Notes: a model not told the origin generated them from the sequence alone. Positions 40,501 to 50,684 are shown, counted from the stretch's first letter. The stretch is DNA of 64,000 nt from Octopus sinensis (GCF_006345805.1 NC_043019.1:12647360-12711359), one strand, 5' to 3'. Translations and numbers: made by a program.

Positions 40501-42299
40501 GCTATCTCTCTTTCAAATCATACTACTGATTGAAAATACCTAACAAAAATCATCACAATGACATTCTAGATACAGTACCACCGAAAAGATGGGATGGTCA
40601 TGGTAGGAATGACTTTGATTATAGACTTATTCAATCAAAGCTCACAAGAGTCTCAACAAATACAACAGCAATGACAACAGTAGCAAGAGTTCTTACCCCC
40701 ATCCACCCATTAATCATGCAGGCATGGTAGTGTGGCCCAGAAGCCTGCTTTACAACTATGATTTCAGGTTCAATTTCACTGCGTGGCACCTTGGGTAAAT
40801 GTCTTCTAACATAGCTTCTACCAAAAGCACCAACCGATCGTGGTCGTTGCCAGCCCCGTCTAGCCCCATGTGCCAGTGGCACGTAGAAAGCACCCACTAC
40901 ACTCTTGGAGTGGTTGGCGTTAGGATGGGCATCAGACTGGAGCCTGGCGCAGGCTCCTGGCTTCCCAGACTCCAGTCGGGCCGTCCAACCCATGCCAGCA
41001 TGGAAAACGGACGTCAAACCATGATAATGAAAAAACACACACACATATTTATGCGTGTATTTGTGTTTCTGTTTGTCCTCCCACCATCGCCTGATAACCG
41101 ATGTTGGTGTGTTTATGTCTCCGTGACTTAGCGGTTCGGCAAAAGAGACCGATAGAATAAGTACTAAACTTACAAAGAGTAAGTCCTGGGGTCGATTTGT
41201 TAAAGTAAAAAAAAAAAATATATATAGTGTGACTATCTCCCACCACTGGTGTTGGTTTGTTTTCATCCCTGTAACTTGGCGGTTCGGCACTAAAAACCTA
41301 TAGAATAAGTGCTAGACTCAAAAATAAGTGCTGAAGTTGATTTGTTTGTTCGACTAAAACCCTTCAAGGCGGTGCCCCAGCATGGCCGCAGTCCAATGAC
41401 TTAAACAAGTAAAAAGATAATTCCATTAAAGCGACCGCAGTGATTAAACAGCTATTTACTCTATCAACCTCCTCCCCGCCGGAAGACTGAACGAAGTAAT
41501 AAGTTGATGTGGACGGGATGTCAACACCGGACGACACCTTAAAGAATTTCCATCCGACAAATTAAGAAACATCTTCAAACAAAAATTCTGTCTAAAACTC
41601 ACATTCTCTCTCTCTCTCTCTCTGAACGGATACAGAAACCTATTCGACTTCAAAAATATTATCCAATCCAGCTAAGGCACAGGAGTGGCTGTGTGGTAAG
41701 TAGCTTGCTAACCAACCACATGGTTCCGGGTTCAGTCCCACTGTGTGGCACCTTGGGCAAGTGTCTTCTGCTATAGCCCCGGGCCGACTAATGCCTTGTG
41801 AGTGGATTTGGTAGACGGAAACTGAAAGAAGCCCGTCGTGTGTGTGTATATATATATATATATATATGTGTATGTGTGTGTGTTTGTGTGTCTGTGTTTG
41901 TCCCCCTAGCATTGCTTGACAACCGATGCTGGTGTCACTTGGCGGTTCGGCAAAAAGAGACCGATAGAATAAGTACTGGGCTTACGAAAGAATAAGTCCC
42001 GGGGTCGATTTGCTCGACTAAAGGCGGTGCTCCAGCATGGCCGCCGTCAAATGACTGAAACAAGTAAAAGAGTAAAGCGTAAGACCAATTAGCAACTGGT
42101 CATCCGATCTTTTGATTCAAGTAATCCCCATCGGTTACAGATTTTAATTCTTAAGATGGTTTCTTTATATCCTGTCAAAGGTTTATTAATGCTGCTTTTG
42201 GCAAAGAAACTAGTTGCACTGTTTGCGGCTATTATACCACGTAAAAAAACCCCAAAAAACCTCATAAAACAGTGTCTGCAGGTAATATTAGCCTAGAAG

Positions 42300-42365
<66 letters not shown>

Positions 42366-44818
42366 TTTACATTTTTGCGGAACATTTGAGAATTATTTTT
42401 GCTTGGGTACAAAGCAATGTTTTATATCTGGATATAATTCTCTTCTTTGGGGGAACGGCGAAACTCGATGCAATAATGCTATAAATAGCAGTAAATAAAT
42501 AAATATTATGGTTAAAAAAATAAATAAAAGCCCTCCAGACAGAAAAAAAAAAATCACCGTAAACAATATGCAAACACACCTCAAATATAACATTAAAATG
42601 TACCGGTATATTCGTTACACAACAACAGAATAATCCATTTTTGATTGTCTTTTTTCCCCTTTTAATAATAGACAAAGTACGTGACTGTATATGTCTATGT
42701 ATGTATCTATGTATGAGAGAAGTAATTAACGGGTGTATATTACAATAGACGGAGAGTGTGTAAATAAATGTGTATATGCGTGCGTGTGAGTAAGTGTATA
42801 ATGGAAAAGTCTGCAACGGAAGTTTACCTTTTTTTCCCCCCCTTCTTCCATCAAGCAACACCGGTTTGTACACGACCAGCCATTAACCCTTATCTAATGC
42901 TAATTCGTCCACCCCACCATCCTGGTTGTTTTCCTTTTGCTAAATAGCTCATCAATCAGCTATATAAATACAAACATACATACATGCAAAATACACCTAA
43001 TGCAGATAATTTTTTTTTTATCAACCGTATAACACAGACACACACAGAGATATATGTAGCCACATATATATAATTAGTGTGTATGTGTGTGTGTGTGTAT
43101 ATATATATATATTTTCAAATAGCCAGATAACCGAAGAGATGGTGTTGTGGATTTCCACTTCGGCATCTGAAACTCAGAGTTTTATCTTGACTATCGAGTA
43201 ATGTAACATATTATTGTATATATATATATATATATATATATACTCATTATCTTTTATTAAACTTTTAATACTTCTGATATTTAAAATAATATAAATTAAT
43301 TAATTTTATGTATTGGCTTAAGTTTTTCATTGTTTGATTTGCCTAATAGTGGTTTTATCTCTAATTTAATATTATATATATGTATATATATATGCAATGT
43401 GTTAGTGTATATATGTGCTGACACCCACACTATTGCACCGAAATACTTTAAGCTATTTATTTGGTATTGTTTGGCGAATACTTGTTATAATAACTAAAGG
43501 AAGGTTATTTACAGCATTCAATATGAATGTATGGATGTAATTTAACAAAGCTTATTTGTAGACAAGTGAATGGAAATGAAATGAAAAAAGAACAAAAACT
43601 AACAAAATGAAGTCTATAAAAACAAGCATTAACACAATAAATTCCACATTTAATGAATAATAAGATAATGATGCTATTTAACGACAGGTCGGCCAGTATC
43701 GAGCAGAGCAGACCTATCAATGATTAAAAGCCATGGCCATCCCTCCAGAAACAATGTACCCCGAGCTACGCTATCCAATTTTTGCATCACTTATTATTTT
43801 ATCTTTTATTCTTCCTTATACATACATACATACATACATATATGTATATATATATACATATATATATATATACGCGTATATACATACAGGGTGTCCCCCC
43901 CAAAAAATGTATACACACCTTAAATAATTGTAAATTTGTTATTCTTTGTTAAGCCTAGTACTTATTCTATCGTTTCTCTTTTGCCGAACCACTATGTGTA
44001 TACATTTTTTGGGACACCCTGTGTGTATATATATATATATCCTATGAATTACAATATATACATACATACATATATATCCTATGAATTACAATATATACAT
44101 ACATACATATATATCCTATGAATTACAATATATACATACATACATATATATCCTATGAATTACAATATATATATACATACATATATATCCTATGAATTAC
44201 AATATATATATACATACATACATATCCTATGAATTACAATATATATATACATACATACATATATATGTATGTATGTATATATATATTGTAATTCATAGGG
44301 TATGTATGTATGTATATATATTGTAATTCATAGGATATATATGTATGTATGTATATATATATATTGCAATTCATAGGAGGAATGGTGTAGATTGAAGATT
44401 TGGCTGCTATTTATAGCAAGTCGAACGACAACGAAGGAGAGCGGTGAGTGAGGTCTTTATCTTCTTTTCTTTTCTTCTCCATCATCGATTGATTAGTAAT
44501 AGTAATAATAATAATAATAACAACAGTAATAATAATAATAAAAAGAAAGCAAGAAGAAAGGAAAGGGGTTCGATTCCGGATAAAGGGAAATAAACAAGAG
44601 CGGAGTTTGTTATCTGCGTCTTTGGATTGCAGCATAATACTCGTAGAGGTGCAGAGAAGACGGTGAATAAAGGGGGAAAATGCTGGCGGAAGAGGAGAGG
44701 AAATGCGTTAGGGCGGTGCAGTGAAGCACGGGGCAGATTTTGCGATGGTTTGTTTTACCTGAAAGTGAATCAACTTCTCAACTTGTTCACCAGAAAGGTC
44801 CACACCGTCGTCTTCCAT
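19350..44818 (-). CDS. FAF2: FAS-associated factor 2 / UBXD8 (UBA-like, membrane hairpin, UAS, coiled coil, UBX); 14 coding exons, 450 aa
   Basis: Manual splice: complement(join 44759-44818, 33268-33336, 32157-32278, 30631-30746, 29359-29388, 27847-27947, 26581-26666, 26015-26106, 24945-25046, 23318-23396, 23012-23093, 21999-22088, 21162-21305, 19350-19529) = 1353 nt, open frame, all GT-AG. Hallmark peptides: EKLIHFQDLT, VTDPVGDV, HPVFYQGSYSQAINDAKRELRFLLVYLH, PEGYRVS, LREQQDQAYYASLKADQEK, LERRF, NFPK. Confidence 0.96.
20562..20880 (+). mobile_element. tRNA-derived SINE, family D (GTGTTCTTGAGCAAGACACTTTATTTCAC)
   Basis: A box TGGCTAAGTGG, B box GAGTTCAATTCC; other copies at ~29745-30065 and ~32395-32600. 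Confidence 0.75.
21162..21305 (-). CDS. FAF2: FAF2 exon 13 (ELEKEKDEARVLIPPEPP...VPSGAHLERRFNKHTSLK), N-half of UBX domain
   Basis: TGACAG acceptor, GTAAGC donor, 144 nt; not present in the ORF track. Confidence 0.94.
21999..22088 (-). CDS. FAF2: FAF2 exon 12 (DRKKQEAQRIIEEQELEKREQAAASNRLLM)
   Basis: GTACAG acceptor, GTAAGT donor, 90 nt. Confidence 0.9.
22399..22997 (+). mobile_element. RTE 3'-UTR copy with tandemly amplified 40-bp and ~59-bp subrepeats (FAF2 intron 11)
   Basis: TGCCAGTGGCAC(A/G)TAAAAAGCACCATCCGATCGTGGCCGT about 7-8 times, then the RTE tail and (GAT)n. Confidence 0.85.
23012..23093 (-). CDS. FAF2: FAF2 exon 11 (ERRNADKELREQQDQAYYASLKADQEK), coiled coil
   Basis: TCCCAG acceptor, AAG|GTAAGA donor, 82 nt. 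Confidence 0.95.
23318..23396 (-). CDS. FAF2: FAF2 exon 10 (DSQELIRRLQRAIEVNEQAVTSIRRER)
   Basis: TTACAG acceptor, GTAAGC donor, 79 nt. Confidence 0.92.
24378..24610 (+). mobile_element. tRNA-derived SINE, family C (AGCTGGCAGAAACGTT...GAGTTCAAATTCC...CCTTTCATCCTTTCGGGGTCG)
   Basis: B box GAGTTCAAATTCC; other copies at ~11765-12340(-, tandem), 20100-20530(-), 38085-38215(+), 52394-52600(+). Confidence 0.8.
24945..25046 (-). CDS. FAF2: FAF2 exon 9 (VSRTIRVIKYPFLSLIVLRENNSMTVVARIEGLV)
   Basis: TTTCAG acceptor, GTAAGT donor, 102 nt. Confidence 0.95.
25533..25938 (+). mobile_element. SINE family A copy (FAF2 intron 8)
   Basis: Match to family; a partial inverted copy lies at ~25200-25420. Confidence 0.88.
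26015..26106 (-). CDS. FAF2: FAF2 exon 8 (ETLCNPNVVNFINSKVLFWACNVSSPEGYR)
   Basis: TTTCAG acceptor, GTAAGA donor, 92 nt. Confidence 0.95.
26290..26509. mobile_element. piggyBac-like MITE
   Basis: TTAA|CCCTTTAG...CTAAAGGG|TTAA. Confidence 0.8.
26581..26666 (-). CDS. FAF2: FAF2 exon 7 (AINDAKRELRFLLVYLHDDSLRNSMVFCR), UAS domain
   Basis: TTTCAG acceptor, GTAAAT donor, 86 nt. Confidence 0.95.
26757..27130 (-). mobile_element. CR1/L2-like LINE 3' end
   Basis: Minus strand reads RKHFFMLRVAEAWNKLPASVV..FKT, like the 'FF..RV...WN.LP' LINE C-terminus. Confidence 0.65.
27243..27590 (-). mobile_element. SINE family A copy, diverged (FAF2 intron 6)
   Basis: Match to family. Confidence 0.75.
27847..27947 (-). 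CDS. FAF2: FAF2 exon 6 (VTDPVGDVMAFINKFKDDFGNTHPVFYQGSYSQ)
   Basis: Long polypyrimidine tract then GAG acceptor; CAG|GTGAGT donor; 101 nt. Confidence 0.92.
28190..28740 (+). mobile_element. RTE/BovB-like LINE 3' fragment
   Basis: QLRWAEHVVRMSDERIPQVLVYSQL..GHRNVGRPWLRYKDKLK. Confidence 0.8.
28905..29118. mobile_element. piggyBac-like MITE
   Basis: TTAA|CCCTTTCGTTAC...GTAACGAAAGGG|TTAA; the same left end recurs at ~36122. Confidence 0.85.
29359..29388 (-). CDS. FAF2: FAF2 exon 5, 30-nt microexon (YRLFWPDPRQN)
   Basis: TTCCAG acceptor, GTAAGT donor; supplies the conserved PDPR motif; phase 1-1. Confidence 0.88.
30631..30746 (-). CDS. FAF2: FAF2 exon 4 (VYVTTSSGPQGVVQWISYAFMLPFRYFFTTVFNILKFA), hydrophobic hairpin
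   Basis: TTCCAG acceptor, GTAAGT donor, 116 nt, phase 2-1. Confidence 0.92.
32157..32278 (-). CDS. FAF2: FAF2 exon 3 (SAVTDTLNERDVVDAHF...PRDQ)
   Basis: TTCCAG acceptor, GTGAGT donor, 122 nt, phase 0-2. Confidence 0.9.
33268..33336 (-). CDS. FAF2: FAF2 exon 2 (DLTMIEDLHRCKVILERYQWNIE), UBA-like
   Basis: TTGCAG acceptor, GAG|GTAAC donor, 69 nt, phase 0-0. Confidence 0.93.
33490..34115 (-). mobile_element. Degraded RTE-type reverse transcriptase fragment
   Basis: IKLLDQVMKIL...LAFIDLEKAFD; further along the minus strand GVHQGSALSPFLF and EFLYADD, with stops and frameshifts. Confidence 0.85.
35388..35661 (-). mobile_element. SINE family B copy
   Basis: Head and tail match the copy at 100-382. 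Confidence 0.8.
35671..36845 (+). mobile_element. Non-autonomous Helitron(s): inner unit 36450-36845, possible composite from 35671
   Basis: Hairpin 36818-36833 plus CTAG|T at 36842-36845, identical to the 10393 element; A|TC starts at 36450 and 35671. Confidence 0.7.
37248..37445 (-). mobile_element. mariner transposase C-terminal fragment
   Basis: PTDYHFFKHLDGFL...FYVTGINKLITRWQKCVDCNGTYFE*. Confidence 0.85.
39563..40413 (+). mobile_element. RTE-clade LINE, 5'-truncated: ORF C-terminus plus repeat-rich 3' UTR ending in (GAT)n
   Basis: WYGHVLHMDEDSCVKKC...GRGRPRKTWDEVVKHDL is a typical RTE C-terminus; the 3' UTR ends CCCATGACAGCATGGAAAGC...ATGATGATG. Confidence 0.85.
41676..42075 (+). mobile_element. 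SINE family A copy (FAF2 intron 1)
   Basis: Match to family. Confidence 0.88.
43125..43187 (+). ncRNA. Variant type I hammerhead-like motif in FAF2 intron 1 (antisense to FAF2)
   Basis: AGATAA-CCGAAGA-GATG...CATC-T-GAAA-CTC-A-GAG-TT-TTATCT: 6-bp stem I plus stems II and III; core has U4C and one extra nucleotide. Confidence 0.5.
43887..44021. mobile_element. Tc1/mariner-type MITE enclosing a SINE fragment
   Basis: TA-CAGGGTGTCCC..AAAAAATGTATACAC ... GTGTATACATTTTTTGGGACACCCTG terminal inverted repeats. Confidence 0.7.
44035..44377. repeat. 38-40-bp tandem repeat (CCTATGAATTACAATATATACATACATAC), six copies then three inverted copies
   Basis: Direct inspection; fold-back centre near 44262. 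Confidence 0.9.
44759..44818 (-). CDS. FAF2: FAF2 exon 1 (MEDDGVDLSGEQVEKLIHFQ)
   Basis: ATG at 44818-44816; donor CAG|GTAAAA; matches the FAF2 N-terminal 'EKL..FQ|DLT' pattern. Confidence 0.9.
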
Positions 44819-44819
44819 G

Positions 44820-45010
44820 TTTTTAGAAAAAGTTGAGTCGACATGCAACTTCCGGTGTCGGAGAGACTGGCGCCACCCCGTGACAAAGGGAGGCTACTTT
44901 TATATTTATGAAGAAATAAATAAATAAATAAATAAAAGTAACCGGTGTCTCGGACAGGCTTCTTCTGTCGGGTATACATACACAAGGCGGCTTCCGCGAG
45001 AAATAGCAGC
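44820..45010 (-). promoter_or_regulatory. Putative FAF2 promoter / 5' UTR region with ETS-type motif
   Basis: Locally CpG-rich, repeat-free sequence just upstream of the ATG; ACTTCCGG (CCGGAAGT on minus) at 44848-44855, typical of housekeeping promoters. TSS cannot be determined. Confidence 0.5.
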
Positions 45011-45092
45011 CAATTTTTTTTCAAATCCCACACTAACGTCTTAAAACTTAGAAAGAAAGTATTATATATTGTAGGTGGTATACTTATATGGT

Positions 45093-45380
45093 GGAGGCGC
45101 AATGGCCCAGTGGTTAGGGCAGCGGGCTCGCGGATCGCGGTTTCGATTCCCAGACCGGGCTTTGTGAGTGTTTTTTGAGCGAAAACACCTAAAGCTCCAC
45201 TGGTGGTGATCCCTGCTGTACTCTTTCACCACAACTTTCTGTCACTCTTATTTCCTGTTTCTGTTGTACCGGCCTTGTCACTGGAGTGCTCAGCCACTTA
45301 CACGTTAATTTCAGGAGCAGGCTGTTCCGTTGATTCGGATCAACCGGAACCCTCGTCGTCGTAACCGACGGAGTGCTTCC
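45093..45380 (+). mobile_element. SINE family B copy upstream of FAF2
   Basis: Same head; third tail type ending GTCGTCGTAACCGACGGAGTG. Confidence 0.8.
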
Positions 45381-45619
45381 ATTCCATACATATATGAGAA
45401 ACAACTCTCTCTCTCTGTTCGTCTGTCTGCCTGTCCGGCTCTATATTATATATATATATATATACACACATACATATAAAAATGTATATGTAAATATATA
45501 TATATACCCGTGTGTGTGTATATATATATAGGTACTACTAGTCGATCCTTTGAGTTTTTGTTGTAGTACCTATATATAAATCACTATACATAAATACAAA
45601 TAAATATTTATATGGGCAC

Positions 45620-45655
<36 letters not shown>

Positions 45656-46069
45656 ATAGATCTATAAATACACATACACACACAAATATATATATATATT
45701 TATATACACACGCATGGAGGGGCACTACCAGTGTCATCATCGTTCCATTTCCTAACTGTAGGTAGTTTTTTTGAACAGGGTATGATATCGCTACCCTTGT
45801 TTGAGTTTCTTGCCATTATGAAAGGACATCTGAGATTTTGGGCAGCAGAGGGTCAAGGTGCTTCTTGTAAACATCTACCCCCCTCTCCATGTAGATCTCT
45901 CTGGTTTTTTTTTTTTTTGGCCAGATATTAAATAGCCATGGGCCTTAGAATGCCAATCTATTATGGTACTCTAGACAGGGTAGGTGGGACCTTTTGGAAT
46001 AGTAGAGTGGGATCCTATTCAGGCTTGATACCAGTGTTTGGTGCCAGTCCCTCTAGAATCTTACATATA

Positions 46070-47400
46070 CTCTTTTACTTGTATCAGTCATTTGACTGTG
46101 GTCATGCTGGAGCACTGCATTTAGTCGAGCAAATCAACCCCGGGACTTATTCTTTGTAAGCCTAGTACTTATTCTATCGGTCTCTTTTGCCGAACCGCTA
46201 AGTTACGGGGACGTAAACACAACAGAATCGGTTGTCAAACAATGTTTCGGGACAAACACAGACACACAAACATACACACACACACACACACACACATCAT
46301 CATCATCGTTTAACGTCCGTTTTCTGTACTAGCATGGATTGGACGGTTTGACCAGGGTCTGGGAAGCCAGGAGGCTGCACCAGGCTCCAGTCTGATCTGG
46401 CAGAGTTTCTACAGCTGGATGCCCTTCCTAACGCCAACCACTCCATATATATATGACAAGCTTCTTTCAGTTTCCATCTACCAAATCCACTCACAAGGCT
46501 TTGGTTGGCCCGAGGCTATAGTAGAAGACACTGGATATGAACCTGGAACCATGTGGTTGGTAAGTAAGCTACTTACCACACAGCCATTCCTGTACCTATG
46601 TATATCTCCACATGTCTTTCCCCTCTTCACCCTATTTAGAATGTAGAGCAGCTGTACAAAGACATAGAATTTAATTAAATTAGGACACATTAGTATAATT
46701 TTACCTAAAATCTCCAAGAGGATAAAGAGATAGACAAAGAACATGTTTTATCGACAACATCATAGTTGTTGGTAAAACACGTTCTTTGTCTATCTCCTTT
46801 GGTCGGCCCGAGGCTTTAGTAGAAGACACTTGCCCTAGGTGCCATGCAGTGGGTATGAACCCGGAACCATGTGGTTGGTAAGCAAGCGACTTACCACACA
46901 GCCACTCCTGCACCTAGATTTATTAAATTGAACTATCTTCATTTTGTATGATATTATATGAAGTAATATATGGAGGCGCAGGAGTGGCTGTGTGGTAAGT
47001 AGCTTGTTTACCAACCACATGGTTCCGGGTTCAGTCCCACTGCGTGGCACCTTGGGCAAGTGTCTTCTGCTATAGCCTTGGGCTGACCAAAGCCTTGTGA
47101 GTGGATTTGGTAGACGGAAACCGAAAGAAGCCCATCATATATATGTATATATATATATGTATGTGTGTGTGTTTGTGTGTCTGTGTTTGTCCCCCTAGCA
47201 TTGCTTGACAACTGATGTTGGTGTGTTTATGTCCCTGTTACTTAGCGGTTCAGCAAAAGAGAATAAGTATAGAATAAGAATAGAATAAGTACTGGGCTTA
47301 CAAAAGAATAAGTCCCGGGGTCGAGTTGCTCAATTAAAGGCGGTGCTCCAGCATGGCCGCTGTCAAATGACTGAAACAAGTAAAAGAGTAAAAAGAGTAA
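46070..47400. mobile_element. Cluster of SINE family A copies (46070-46590 minus with a nested RTE 3' end; 46800-46913 minus; 46973-47400 plus)
   Basis: Matches to family A and to the RTE tail. Confidence 0.82.
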
Positions 47401-47929
47401 GAGTAGGTATCAGTGTGTGTGGAAGAATGAATATGTATGAAGGCACCTATGCCGGTGACATGTGAAAGGGACTGATGCTGGTGGCACATAAATGGCACCC
47501 ATGTGAGTGACATGTAAAAGGCACCCTGCACCCTTTGAAGAGTGGTTGTTGTGAGGAAGGGCATCCAGCCATAGAAACCAAGCCAAAACAGACTGGAGCC
47601 CGGCACAGCTCTAGCTTACCTGCTCCAGTCAAACGATCTAACCCATGCCAGCATGGAAAATGGATGCTAAATGATGATGATGATGATGATGATGATGAAG
47701 AGGAGCTGACGATTCCTTGAGAGATCATCATCATCGTTTAACGTCCGTTCTCCATGCTAGCATGGGTTGGACGGTTCGACTGGGGATCTGGGAAGCCAGA
47801 AGGCTGCACCAGGCTCCGGTCTTATCTGGCAGTGTTTCTACAGCTGGATGCCCTTCCTAACGCCAACCACTCCGTGAGTGTAGTGGGTGCTTTTTACGTG
47901 CCACCTGCACTTTTTACGTGCCAATTTTG

Positions 47930-48270
47930 TTATGTAAATCTCCATGAGGAATGTGAAGACGCAGGCTGGAAAGCAGAGCATTTTCCAATCGAAGTCAAAT
48001 GGAGAGGATTTGTTGGACACAGTGTGATGCAATGGTTGTTATTGTTAGGCCTAACTTATCATTAAGCAAATACCACCATGAGTGATATCCAGACTACAGT
48101 GGAAAAGGCAAGCCACTGGATTTGGTTAAAAAGGGATGGTGTGCAATGGCTAGAAGAATATTGAGCTAAACCTCTGATGACCAGTTGATCTAACTGGTGG
48201 GGCCTCATTTCAGTGAGTGGGGCTGGTACACAATGATGCCATCCAGAAGTAGGCCCCGAAGTGGTGAGCA
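47930..48270 (+). mobile_element. RLE-type (HERO/NeSL-like) non-LTR retrotransposon 3' fragment
   Basis: EECEDAGWKAEHFPIEVKWRGFVG...EKASHWIWLKR resembles the 'EVGCRGF...AS.W.W' C-terminus. Confidence 0.7.
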
Positions 48271-48411
48271 ATCTCTCCTGTTGACTCCATAAACTTGCTG
48301 GCATCCAGTACACAGAGCTTTTAATTGGTAGCACTTGCATCTGCAAGTTCTTTGCAAAAAAATTTCTACTCCTCACTCTCCTTTTTTTCTCAACAAACTT
48401 TGATTCTTTAC

Positions 48412-48440
<29 letters not shown>

Positions 48441-48442
<2 letters not shown>

Positions 48443-48997
48443 GAGTGAGAGAGCAGTGCATGCCATCAAAGTGACACTGGGGTACAAATATACGAAGCCC
48501 AGCATATCCATCATGACTACCTGTCTGATAAGGGTACACCAGGCACATGCATCACAACCATATGTGCGCGACATGGTGATCTCATATCAAGATAAACAGC
48601 ACATGACCTTGCAGGTGGGGCCCAGTTAGAATTTTTTTCTGGTCAAGTAACCCATCCCGATCAAAAGGTCCCTGAATAAAGGTTGTTTAAGGATGTTGAA
48701 CGAAACACCCATGTTTCCAGAAGTGAATTATTCAAACTCCAAAAATCCCTCTCAATACATGGCTATGATGCTCCCCCACTACTTCTATTCGTGATCAGAG
48801 ATGCACATTTCGTCAGCCACTAAGATCATGCTCAACTGGCTAAGGTCAAACAACTGACAAGCAGATCTGTGGTATTGAGCAGAATATTTGCTGTAGCCCA
48901 TCTTTTATACCAAGACAAAACAATGTACATGATAACACTTCCAAATCAGTTAAGATCAGAAGCCATGAGAGCCACTGTCTGGTACTGCAACAGGGTA

Positions 48998-49000
<3 letters not shown>
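48441..49000. mobile_element. Unclassified ~560-bp interspersed element bracketed by (ATT)n tracts
   Basis: (ATT)n at 48413-48441 and 48999-49030 flank a GC-richer insert. Confidence 0.45.
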
Positions 49001-49031
<31 letters not shown>

Positions 49032-49507
49032 TATATTTGCTTTACTGAAATTCCCAATATGTTAATCATTTGTTTCTGTAGCATTGTTACTGTCTCCGTC
49101 AGTGTTGCTGTGATTGTCATTGTTGACAGTGTTACAGTTGCCTTTGTTCTAAATTAAACAGAAGAATCGGTGTAACTGAAATGATTCACAATCTCAGCAA
49201 CTCCCAAAGGATTTGTTTTGATGCAGAATTGACAGAGGAATGTAGTCAGGTGAAGTGGTCAGCTGTTTGATAGACGCCTCTGCATGGAGATAAATAGATG
49301 CAAGTAAAATCTGCTAAATACCTAATGACTCGTCACTCAATACCTGCTTAAGATAGCACAACCAGCCCCATCCCACCTCTATATCTTTTCCTTGACTTTC
49401 GGTTTATATTCTATCTCTCACTAAATGATTATAATAGATTTACCCCAACACAAAAGCCTGCTGTAATGTCTATAACACATCCCTTTGTATAATTTATTTA
49501 TCAGCCC

Positions 49508-49539
<32 letters not shown>

Positions 49540-49641
49540 CTTTGTATATTTAAAGAGATAGGTATACACACACACACATGTATATATATTTGTGTATATA
49601 TAATATAAAGAATATATGTATAATATAAAAAAATATATTTA

Positions 49642-49684
<43 letters not shown>

Positions 49685-49752
49685 TTATGTATATATATAT
49701 AGATATATATGTATGTATGTATGTATATATATATTATATATAATATATATAT

Positions 49753-49797
<45 letters not shown>

Positions 49798-50626
49798 TTT
49801 TAATGAAATGTAAAGGTTTAGATAAATGTCTAATTGTTTTTTTGTTCTATTCTGATCTCATGTATATTTTATATTTCTCTTTAACCGTATCTTATTAGTA
49901 TCTTCCATTTTATTTTATTTTATTTTTTAGTTCTTCATTCTTTTATTCTTGTATTCTTTATGATATATTTTTATGGTTTTATTGCTTATACGAGAAAGAT
50001 TCCTCCATTCTGTTTCTGTTCATCATGGAGACGGATGGAATGCTACACTTTTTGAGAAGTCACCTGAGGATGTGCATCTACATGTATAATACATGGTAAT
50101 TGATTGTACAGTTTCTCACCTATAAGATACGGGTGCAAGAGTCAAAACAATTGTAATGGTTCTGAATAAAGAGTTTTGTGAATTCCATTTTCTGTCTCTC
50201 CCCTTTTTATACAAACACTACAGACACAAAGGAATTCTTGAAGTAAATCCAGTGGAATATACCTCCATACAGCTGTTGACATCAGATAGCTGAATACTGC
50301 AGATAGGCTTTAAAAAGCATACTACAAGGTGTCTGCCTGAATATGAAATTATTACTATATACATTCTTTTATTCTTTACTTTTACACTTTTACACATTTT
50401 AGTCATTTGACTGTGGCCATGCTGGAGCCACCACCTTGAAGTGTTCAACCCCAAGACTTATTCTTTGTGAGCCTAGTACTTATTCTATTGGTTACTTTTG
50501 CCGAACCACTAAGTCACAGCAGCATAAACATATCAACATCATTTGTCAAGCGATGGTGAGGGGACAAACTCAGACACAAAGACACACACATAAATAAATA
50601 CATACATACATACATACATACATACA

Positions 50627-50679
<53 letters not shown>

Positions 50680-50684
<5 letters not shown>

